Below the pieces are notes generated by a model. That model had not been told where the DNA came from. It worked only from the letters and a program-made list of their open reading frames with translations, and made no database searches. A DNA stretch of 64,000 nucleotides from Flavobacteriales bacterium (GTDB lineage: Bacteria; Bacteroidota; Bacteroidia; Palsa-965). Both the position numbers and the translations under genes were made by a program. Each line of letters begins with the position of its first letter. Position 1 is the stretch's first letter. The DNA lies in NCBI GenBank assembly GCA_040377305.1, contig JBEIPA010000004.1:128001-192000 (forward strand), read 5' to 3'. This document shows, piece after piece, positions 39,939 through 48,005 of this stretch.

Positions 39939-40616
39939 ATGCCTAAAATTAAAATGGGTCGCGGAACACCGTCGTTGGATATGACTCCAATGGTGGATCT
40001 TGCGTTCCTTCTGGTAACCTTCTTCATGCTTACTGCAACGATGCGGACTCCCGAGCCCGTACTCGTTGATACTCCTAGTTCAATTTCTGAAGTCATTCTT
40101 CCGAAGAACACCATGCTTATCACAATCGATACAGCAGGACGTGTATTCTTCAACCTCGAAGGAAAAGAAGTTCGCATGAACATGCTTAAGCGCATGATGA
40201 ACAAGTTCCCCGCTGTGAAATTCACAGAAGAACAAGTTCAGCGTTTTGGCGCAATGCAATCTTTCGGAGTACCCGTTGCTAATCTGCCGGCATACATTGA
40301 TGCAGACGAAGCAGGTCGTAAGAAGATAGACGAAGAAACAAAAGGAATTCCTATCGACACAGTTGACAACAAAGACGAGCTTTCGTTCTGGATCAACTTT
40401 GCACGTGTAGAAGAATTCACTTGGAGAAAAGCGCAGGAAGCAGAAGGAAAGACCGTAGAAGAAATGCGTGTAGCCTTGAAAGCAGATGGAAGATCTGAAT
40501 ACAGGAAAATTGATGCGGTAATTGCTGTGTTTAAAAAGCAAGATGTATTCCGCTTCAATCTTATTACTGACCTGGAGTCCGACCCGAACGCGGGTGCTCC
40601 AGCTCCTGCACATTAA
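39939..40616 (+). CDS. exbD: ExbD/TolR family protein 1
   Basis: LDMTPMVDLAFLLVTFFML; C-terminal ALKADG...FNLIT. Confidence 0.92.
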   Translation: MPKIKMGRGTPSLDMTPMVDLAFLLVTFFMLTATMRTPEPVLVDTPSSISEVILPKNTMLITIDTAGRVFFNLEGKEVRMNMLKRMMNKFPAVKFTEEQVQRFGAMQSFGVPVANLPAYIDADEAGRKKIDEETKGIPIDTVDNKDELSFWINFARVEEFTWRKAQEAEGKTVEEMRVALKADGRSEYRKIDAVIAVFKKQDVFRFNLITDLESDPNAGAPAPAH

Positions 40617-40659
40617 CTTGCCTACTTAAAAGACTTAAAAACTTATCCCTAAATAGACA

Positions 40660-41520
40660 ATGGCAGAAATTGCAGACAGTGGCGGTGGTGGTGGTAAACA
40701 CGGAAAAAAAGGGCGCAAGAAAGGCGGCATGCCGAAGGTAGATATGACCCCAATGGTCGATCTTGCCTTCCTTCTCCTTACGTTCTTCGTCCTCACCTCT
40801 AACCTAAACAAAGCAAAGACATTGGAAATGGCTGTGCCGAAAGACGATCCTCTGGCTCCTAAAATGGAAGTAGATGACGATCTCGCGAACACAATCATTC
40901 TCGATGGAAACAAAGACGGAATCATTTATTACTACCACGGAAAATTAACTCCGGATAGTACTGAATTGTTTGAGCTCGTACTTGATCCGGCAGCGAAACA
41001 GAACATTCGCAAAACAATCAACGATCAGAACAAGGGCATTCAGGAAAAAATGAAGTTCGTTCGCGACACGTACAAGAGCGGAAAGCTAAGTGCGGACGCG
41101 GTTTCGAAAATCAAAGGCTACGTTGTTGAAGCAACACAAATCACAGCGAAGGATCCTGAAGTAATTCAGAATACCAAGAAGGAGAACTATTCTGAGTGCG
41201 CAACACGTCTCGATGCCGATTTGCAGAAGGGTGAAATGGGTGATACAACTTACCGCCGTATTTCTTCTGTTATTCGCGGAGCAGACAATGCGCCATTCTT
41301 CATTGTGAAATGGGGTGGTGAAGCAAAGTATGGTGATGTGATAAACATTATCGATGAGCTAAAAATCGGAGACGCTTCGAAATACGCGCTTACTGATGTT
41401 TCCTGTACAGAGCTTCAGGCCCTGAACGCATATCAGGCTGGTCACGGTCAGGCTGTACGCGTTTACAAGGAATTGCAGAGCGCAGAGTGCCAGGAACCGG
41501 AAGCAGCACCAGCAGAATAA
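40660..41520 (+). CDS. exbD: ExbD/TolR family protein 2 with a large periplasmic insertion
   Basis: VDMTPMVDLAFLLLTFFVL; AKYGDVINIIDEL; 286 aa. Confidence 0.9.
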   Translation: MAEIADSGGGGGKHGKKGRKKGGMPKVDMTPMVDLAFLLLTFFVLTSNLNKAKTLEMAVPKDDPLAPKMEVDDDLANTIILDGNKDGIIYYYHGKLTPDSTELFELVLDPAAKQNIRKTINDQNKGIQEKMKFVRDTYKSGKLSADAVSKIKGYVVEATQITAKDPEVIQNTKKENYSECATRLDADLQKGEMGDTTYRRISSVIRGADNAPFFIVKWGGEAKYGDVINIIDELKIGDASKYALTDVSCTELQALNAYQAGHGQAVRVYKELQSAECQEPEAAPAE

Positions 41521-41529
41521 CGAAACACA

Positions 41530-42303
41530 ATGGCTGAAGCAGTAGAAAATACAGGCAACGAACAACCGAAGAGAAAGCGGGCAGGGAAAAAAGTCCCTCG
41601 CATCGACATGACTCCTATGGTTGATCTTGCTTTTCTGTTGCTTACGTTTTTTGTGCTGACTTCAAATCTTAACGAACCGAAAGCGATCAGTGTTACTTAT
41701 CCTGACACAGGAGTGCCGGCTCAGTTGGACAATGATCTTGCGCGTACAGTTCTCATCGATGGAAGCGGAAGTGTTTATTACTATTCCGGAAAACTCGAAG
41801 ACAATTCAACGCTCGAGAAACTTGACATGGGCAGTTTCCGTGATATAGTCGCAGAAGAGAATGCAAGTATTCAGACTGATGTTGATTATCTCGCTGGAGT
41901 TTACACTTCTGGAAAATTCACAGCGGAAAATTACTCGCGTCTTGAGCAAATTGTTGCGAAGTCTACCCAGACCAGTAGCACCCAAGCTCTGATCGTAAAG
42001 ACGAAAAGTGACGATTACTCAGCTTCTGTGACGTTGATGGATGCGGATGTAAATTCAGGCACGATGTCTGAAGCTACTTTCAAGAAGCTTGGCTCAGTAA
42101 TTCGTGGTCGTGATGAAGCACCCGTATTTGTGGTTAGATGGGGTGGAGAAGCAAAATACAACGAGGTAATCGACGTTATTGATGAACTCAGAATCGGAAA
42201 TGTTTCGAAGTATGTAGTTTGTGAAATTTCACTGGCTGAATACCGGGAATTGCACGAACAAACCGGAAGAAATTACCCGGAACTCCAAAATCAGGCGAAA
42301 TAG
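41530..42303 (+). CDS. exbD: ExbD/TolR family protein 3, paralog of ExbD2
   Basis: IDMTPMVDLAFLLLTFFVLTSNLN; WGGEAKYNEVIDVIDEL. Confidence 0.9.
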   Translation: MAEAVENTGNEQPKRKRAGKKVPRIDMTPMVDLAFLLLTFFVLTSNLNEPKAISVTYPDTGVPAQLDNDLARTVLIDGSGSVYYYSGKLEDNSTLEKLDMGSFRDIVAEENASIQTDVDYLAGVYTSGKFTAENYSRLEQIVAKSTQTSSTQALIVKTKSDDYSASVTLMDADVNSGTMSEATFKKLGSVIRGRDEAPVFVVRWGGEAKYNEVIDVIDELRIGNVSKYVVCEISLAEYRELHEQTGRNYPELQNQAK

Positions 42304-42375
42304 CTTGTATGGATTTATGGAATACCAGATGCGAAAGCATCTTTAGAGTAGAATAAACATTAAAAAAATAAAGAG

Positions 42376-43173
42376 ATGGCAGACTGGAGTAACGAGATTT
42401 CCGCCGAACGCAACGATATGGTGTTCGAGTCGAGAAACAAAGACTACGGAGCGTACCAGATCCGTCGCAGCTATGGAAAAATAGTTGCGATTGCAGGTGG
42501 TAGCGCAACGCTTTCGTTGATCTTCTTCCTGTTCGTGTACCGCATTATCAATGCACCGGACGCAGAAGACACTTCGAAAAAAGACCAGCAAAACGTTGAG
42601 GTAATTCTCAAAGAACCGCCTCCGGTAGACAAAACGGCTCCACCGCCACCACCGCCACCACCACCGCCACCACCACAAGTGAAGATGTTCCAGTTCACTG
42701 AACCGGAAATCGTGGAAGAACCTGAAACTCCTCCTGTAAACGTTCAGGAAGACGACAAGAAAATCGGTGCGGAAAACCAGGACGGTGATGAAGATGCTCC
42801 ACCTGAAGTAATTCCTGAAACGGTGACTCAGCAAATCGCAGAAGCACCAGACGAGGTACTCTCTTTCGCTGAGGAAATGCCGAAATATCCGGGAGGCGAA
42901 GCTGCTTTTCAGGCGTATCTCCAGGCAAACGTTCGCTATCCGCAAATGGAAAAAGAACAGGGCAAAGAAGGTACTGTTTACATCTACTTCGAAGTCTCTA
43001 AAGACGGCACAGTAGGCAATGTGAAAACTGCGAAAGGCGTACCGGGAGCTCCGGGACTTTCTAAAGAAGCAGAACGCGTTGTACGCTCTATGCCACCTTG
43101 GGAACCAGGAAAAATGAACGGCCGCACAGTAAAAGTGAGCCAGACAGTTCCTGTTCGCTTTACACTTAAGTAA
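42376..43173 (+). CDS. tonB: Energy transducer TonB
   Basis: VFESRNKDYGAY N-terminus, one TM helix, 12-Pro run, TonB_C domain (MPKYPGG...YP...GTV...WEPG). Confidence 0.93.
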   Translation: MADWSNEISAERNDMVFESRNKDYGAYQIRRSYGKIVAIAGGSATLSLIFFLFVYRIINAPDAEDTSKKDQQNVEVILKEPPPVDKTAPPPPPPPPPPPPQVKMFQFTEPEIVEEPETPPVNVQEDDKKIGAENQDGDEDAPPEVIPETVTQQIAEAPDEVLSFAEEMPKYPGGEAAFQAYLQANVRYPQMEKEQGKEGTVYIYFEVSKDGTVGNVKTAKGVPGAPGLSKEAERVVRSMPPWEPGKMNGRTVKVSQTVPVRFTLK

Positions 43174-43184
43174 TCGATTTTAAT

Positions 43185-43418
43185 TTGTTTCTGAACAGCC
43201 CAGGCCGAAGTAAAGTATCATTGATTGTTTCCGCATCAATGGTACTCGTCTTCCTAAGTCTGGGCTGTTTATTTGTATTCACTGATGTGAAAATCGACGA
43301 TTACCCACGTCCTTACCGCAACTACATCGGTTACTTACTGGGAGGATGGGCAATTTTCCGCGGAGTAACTGTCTGGATGAAATTCCGGAGTTCACAACAA
43401 CAAGACGATGAAGAATAA
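43185..43418 (+). CDS. Small two-TM membrane protein
   Basis: 77 aa with two hydrophobic segments; fills the tonB-PstS gap; TTG start. Confidence 0.6.
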   Translation: MFLNSPGRSKVSLIVSASMVLVFLSLGCLFVFTDVKIDDYPRPYRNYIGYLLGGWAIFRGVTVWMKFRSSQQQDDEE

Positions 43419-44391
43419 CAATACGCAATGCATAATGCGCAATACGCAGTCACGTATATCCACGGTAACTGCGTATTGCGCATTGTTTATTGCGTATTGC
43501 GCATTGTCTTCTTGCGGGCCAACGAATACAGCCGAAGTTCTCGACACACCGACTTCCGGAAAGATCACGCTCTCGGTTGATGAAAATGTAGAGTCGATTG
43601 CGCAGGAACTCATTGACGTTTTTGAAGATGAATATCAGAATGCATTTCTGATTACTTCATTCAAACCCGAGAATGAAATCGTTCGCGATTTATACAACGA
43701 CTCATCTCGCTTAGCAATCATGACGCGTCGTTTGAACGCAGAAGAAACTGCTTACTTCGAGAACGACCTGAAATTCGGAATCGAACACATTAAAATTGCT
43801 TCCGATGCAGTTGTGTTTATCGTGAACAAAGAAAACACAGACACCGCATTCACAACCGAAACACTGCGCAAAATTCTCCTCGGACAAGACACACTTTGGT
43901 CGCAGGTTGATTCCGCATCAAAACTTGCGCGTATAGACGTCATTTTCGACAACGGTGCTTCATCCACGCTGCGTTTCCTTACCGATTCCCTCATGGGAGG
44001 TCAAAAGCCCGGTAACAACGTTTTTGCAGCCGAGAATGTGGACTCTGTTATCGCTTATGTTGCGCGAAATCCTTCGTCAATTGGAATAGTCTCACTGAAC
44101 GCCATAGGCGATAAGGACTCGCAATTGGCAATGAGCCGCAAAAATCAAATAAAAGTGTGCGCGGTGGGTTTCGATTCACTGTCGGCATACAAACCCAGTC
44201 AATCGGCTGTTGTTGCCCGAAAATACCCGTTTGTACGCGATATCTGGATCATCAAGATCGGCAAACGTGCGGGCCTTGGCACAGGCTTTGCCTCCTTTGT
44301 AATGGGAGAGCGCGGACAATTGATCGTGCAGCGTGCAGGATTAGCACCCGCAGCCCCGGCTGAAAGAACAATTGAATTAACCACGTACTAA
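43408..44391 (+). CDS. PstS-like (PBP type 2) substrate-binding lipoprotein
   Basis: Lipobox ALSS-C; DTPTSGKI..SVDE, IASDAVVFIVN, YPFVRDIW, GTGFASF. Alternative start ATG 43435. Confidence 0.85.
   Translation: MKNNNTQCIMRNTQSRISTVTAYCALFIAYCALSSCGPTNTAEVLDTPTSGKITLSVDENVESIAQELIDVFEDEYQNAFLITSFKPENEIVRDLYNDSSRLAIMTRRLNAEETAYFENDLKFGIEHIKIASDAVVFIVNKENTDTAFTTETLRKILLGQDTLWSQVDSASKLARIDVIFDNGASSTLRFLTDSLMGGQKPGNNVFAAENVDSVIAYVARNPSSIGIVSLNAIGDKDSQLAMSRKNQIKVCAVGFDSLSAYKPSQSAVVARKYPFVRDIWIIKIGKRAGLGTGFASFVMGERGQLIVQRAGLAPAAPAERTIELTTY
43420..43505. repeat. Inverted array of 7-nt repeats inside the signal-peptide coding region
   Basis: AATACGC AATGCAT AATGCGC AATACGC AGT, 17-nt spacer, ACT GCGTATT GCGCATT GTTTATT GCGTATT GCGCATT; 28 of 31 positions complementary. 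Confidence 0.9.
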
Positions 44392-44400
44392 GGAAGTAGT

Positions 44401-44408
44401 TATTTTTG
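44401..44408 (+). promoter_or_regulatory. Putative internal -7 promoter box upstream of the TPR gene
   Basis: TATTTTTG followed by a 5'-UTR hairpin. Confidence 0.4.
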
Positions 44409-44474
44409 CGGTCTTCTTACATCCTCCGGCTCTGGTCGGATGACAAGAAACCACCAATTCAACAGGAGTAAATT

Positions 44475-46186
44475 ATGAATAAAATGCATCTTAAAATCGC
44501 AGCAGGAATTGCCCTCACAATTTTCACCAGTGTTTCTGTGAATGCACAGACCCTCGCTGATGGAATCCGCCTGACTGAAAACGAGCAGTACACTGCCGCT
44601 AAAGCTGTCTTCAAGAAGCTGGTAGCCGCAGAGCCTACAAATGGAGACAACTTTTTCTACTTCGGAGATCTTCTTCTTAAAATGGAAGATCCGGATTCAG
44701 CATTGATCGTTTTCAAAAAAGGCGTGGACATAGAACCGTCGAATCCGTTAACTCACGTTGGTTACGGACGCGCACTTGCTTACAGCGGAAAAGTTGAAGA
44801 GGGCTTGAAAGAGCTTTCACAGGCGGACGCACTAATTACTGCGCAGAGCGGAAAAAAAGGTACGTTAACTCCGCAGAAGCAAGCTGTTATTCTTTGCGAA
44901 CTTGCAGAGACCTACACGTTCATGCCTACTCCGAATTTCGACAAGGCCATTGATTACACGAACCGTGCAGAGAAACAAGATGCTACCATGCAGATATTTT
45001 CCTCGCTCGTGGCGACGCCTTGCTGGCGAAAGATCCTGTGAACGCAACGCCGGCAATTGAAGCTTACAAGAAAGCTGCTGCAGTTAATCCAAAGTCTGCC
45101 CGTGCAAACGTGCGTATCGGTCGTGTGTACATGCGCGGTAAGAATCCGGGTGAATCAATTAAGTATTACAACCTGGCATTGGCCAGCGAATCAAACTACG
45201 CTCCTGCTTACAGAGAAAAAGCAGAATCGTTTTTCCAGCTCGCAAAAGTTGATTCAGCGACCTTCTACTACGAAAAGTACCTCGCGATCAACCCTGATTG
45301 TTACGCGACTTACCGTTATGCAGCGTTCCTGTATGTGTCTGGTGATTACGACAAAGCAATCGAACAAGGTAACCGCGTTCTTGCTTGCGACAGCAATCTG
45401 GTAGTTGTTGTATACCGTATTATCGCTCGATCATATCTCGAAAAGCAAAATCCTGACTACCTAAAGGCTACTGAGTTTTTCAACCTCTTCCTGGTGAAGC
45501 AGGCTAAGTACGGCAAGCCAAAAGTGATGGCAGACGATTACCTCATGCGCGGACGAGCTTACGCAGGAATGAAAAACGACTCGCTCGCAATTCTTGATTA
45601 CCAGAAAGCGATTACTCTGGACACTGCAAAGAAAGATGTGTTCTTCGATATCGGAAACGCCTATTTCAAACAGAAGAAGTATGACCAGGCGGCCGTATGG
45701 TACATGAAGAAATACGTTGCAGAAATAAATGGTTCAAGTGCTGTTCGAATCACCAACCTGAATGCGTTTGCACAAGCGCTTTACCTGAACAAAGAATATT
45801 CGCGTGCAGATAGTGCGTATGCTGCTGTAATTGCAATCGACTCTACGTTAACTTACGGTTGGATCGGCCGCGCGAAAAGCAATGGTAAGCTCGACAACAA
45901 TGCAGAGAAAGAATTAGCGCGTCCGTACTACGAGCGTTACATCACTATCGCAAACGTTGATTCGGTTTCACAGAAAAAGAATTCCAAAGATCTTGTGATC
46001 GCTTCATTGTACCTCGCGTCTGTTCACGCACGCGCTAAGAACTTCGGATGTGCCAAAGCATATTACGAACTCGCTGCGAAACTCGATCCGGCGAACACAA
46101 CTGCAAAAAGCGGATTAGAAGATAAAGACGTGAAAGCTGCAACTGCTGCTGCTGATTTCGGAACCTGCGTGTTGCCGAAGAAATAA
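44475..46186 (+). pseudogene. Periplasmic TPR protein split by a 1-nt frameshift (ORFs 44475-45041 and 45020-46186); real lesion or sequencing error
   Basis: Signal peptide ending VNA-Q; TPRs in both frames; inserting one A at 44988 restores EKQDATNADIFLARGDALLAK and a 570-aa protein. Confidence 0.85.
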
Positions 46187-46206
46187 GGCGAAAGAAATTT
46201 GAAAGG

Positions 46207-46245
46207 AATCCCGTTCTGTCCCTAAATATCAGAACGGGATTTTTT
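46207..46245 (+). terminator. Intrinsic terminator of the exb/ton/TPR operon
   Basis: AATCCCGTTCTG...CAGAACGGGATT followed by a T-tract. Confidence 0.88.
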
Positions 46246-46260
46246 GATTAACCCGTAACC

Positions 46261-46503
46261 ATGAAGATCTCTCTTACAAAATGTGCAAGTGCTTATCTTG
46301 ATATTGACAGAGATACGCATGCGAACATCTCTTCAGAATTGATCATAAACATTGTTCCTGTTTCAAAAAGCCTCGGAATCGGCAATGCAATTGTGTTTCT
46401 GCGCGATGGCACTTCACTCAACGTAACCGAATCGATAGGCGAAATTTATCTTCAGCTGAACGTAGTGAAAAGTTATTTTGAACTAGGATTCAGCAAGAAC
46501 TGA
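46261..46503 (+). CDS. Small hypothetical protein, FlbD/SwrD-like pattern
   Basis: 80-aa ATG ORF filling the gap; IVFLRDGTSLNVTESIGEI resembles the FlbD C-terminal pattern. Confidence 0.55.
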   Translation: MKISLTKCASAYLDIDRDTHANISSELIINIVPVSKSLGIGNAIVFLRDGTSLNVTESIGEIYLQLNVVKSYFELGFSKN

Positions 46504-46524
46504 AAACAATTTCCGGCCGCTTCT

Positions 46525-47934
46525 TTATTTGTATTTCGCAATCCCGCTCTTAAGCCGGTTCCCGATCGCTGTAAGAATTCCACTCTCTGCAAGCACCACA
46601 ATCGCAAGTAGTGGCAGCAACCAAATAACGCGCGACTGATAACGCGGATTAATAATCGAAATCGCGCCACAGATAAATGCATTGCAATACATCGCGAACA
46701 GTGTGAAGACAATCAGTTGCACGATGCGCGGGAATTCTTTTCGGTATCCGAACAAAAAGAGCGTGATAGCAGCACCCGAAAAGAACAAGAGCCAATTCTG
46801 TCTTCTGTTCTGGTCTTCATACAACAGCACAGAGTTGAATTGTTCCGAATAACCATACTGGTTTATTTCGTTCGCGTAAAACTTCTTCACACCTGTTGTT
46901 GCGGGCGACCATTCATCGCAGCGTGGCGATTCAAACCAACCGTTCAGCTGAAATGAGAAAAACTGTTCGGCGGATTGACCCAGCGCGCGGTGTGCTAACC
47001 ACGTCCACATCTTCGGCGTAGTAATAATGTCTTTGCAGACTACTCCGAAAACTCCTTTGGAATTATCCCAGCCTCCATACTTGTACAAAGGGCTACGGTT
47101 ATAATCCCAGAGGAAATCCAATCCCGCCAGCGAATCTTTGTACTCACACATGATGTAACGTGGATTTTTCTCGCACTCTATGCACAAGAATTTGCGCATG
47201 GTTCCGTCGTGGATGAAATGCCCGGCGAGGAAAATATCCCCGTTGCGTGAGACAAAGAATTTATCGGCATATGAATAATTGATCAACCCCGCCGTTAACC
47301 ACCAGACAGGAAGCAACGCTGCACAGAAAAGAATTCGCTTCCACGCAATGAAATTAAACGACACCCATTTTCTCCATTTCAGTAAGGCTGCGAAAACAAG
47401 TACCAGTAAAAAGATGTACGCGTTACTGTAGTGCACACAGCACGCTGTTACAATGCCTACTGACGCAATGATCAGATGCACACGGGAAATCTCCTGTGTG
47501 CGCAACAACAAAACGGCTCCGAACAACAACGCAACCGGTGTAAAAATATCCGGAAGGATAATTCCTGTTTTGATCGGAAGTCCTGTCGCAAAACACAACA
47601 ACCCCATTGATGCCACAAATGCAAACCTTCGGATACCGATTCTGCTCACAAAGCTGCGAATGAACAACCAAACTGCGTACGATGTCATTATTCCCTGGAA
47701 CAGAATCGTGAACCACAATGATTCACGTAAACTCGTTGCTTTCAAAAACAAGCCGTAACCGATCGGACGATCTGTGGGAACGTATTTGTCCCAGCCGCTG
47801 TACAAGTAAGTTCCCGTGTCGGGATAAACAAGCGGATAACGATTTTTGAAAGCGATCCAGCACAATGCAATGCCCCCAAGAATGATCAGAGCGATATCCG
47901 GTAAATGATGGCGAAGCTTGCGCAGGAAGTGCAT
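46525..47934 (-). CDS. Polytopic membrane protein, GT-C-like
   Basis: YPLVYPDTGTYL...DRPIGYG after TM1; many TM helices; large loop; RYQSRVIW near the C-terminus. Confidence 0.6.
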   Translation of the reverse strand: MHFLRKLRHHLPDIALIILGGIALCWIAFKNRYPLVYPDTGTYLYSGWDKYVPTDRPIGYGLFLKATSLRESLWFTILFQGIMTSYAVWLFIRSFVSRIGIRRFAFVASMGLLCFATGLPIKTGIILPDIFTPVALLFGAVLLLRTQEISRVHLIIASVGIVTACCVHYSNAYIFLLVLVFAALLKWRKWVSFNFIAWKRILFCAALLPVWWLTAGLINYSYADKFFVSRNGDIFLAGHFIHDGTMRKFLCIECEKNPRYIMCEYKDSLAGLDFLWDYNRSPLYKYGGWDNSKGVFGVVCKDIITTPKMWTWLAHRALGQSAEQFFSFQLNGWFESPRCDEWSPATTGVKKFYANEINQYGYSEQFNSVLLYEDQNRRQNWLLFFSGAAITLFLFGYRKEFPRIVQLIVFTLFAMYCNAFICGAISIINPRYQSRVIWLLPLLAIVVLAESGILTAIGNRLKSGIAKYK

Positions 47935-47949
47935 GGAATCAAAGTAACT

Positions 47950-47990
47950 AAAAAAATAGTCCCGACGATCCTTTCAGATGCCGGGACTAT
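47950..47990 (-). terminator. Intrinsic terminator
   Basis: ATAGTCCCG...CGGGACTAT stem with an A-run on its + strand 5' side. Confidence 0.8.
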
Positions 47991-48005
47991 ACCATTAAAA
48001 GTTTT

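Noticed and set aside
42640-42675. (CCA/CCG)12 trinucleotide run
   Set aside because: Ordinary TonB polyproline linker with mixed codons; not a phase-variation tract.
43408-44391. Calling this gene pstS of a phosphate ABC transporter
   Set aside because: No pstC, pstA or pstB nearby and no canonical N-terminal GS(T/S)T phosphate-binding motif; only the fold is supported.
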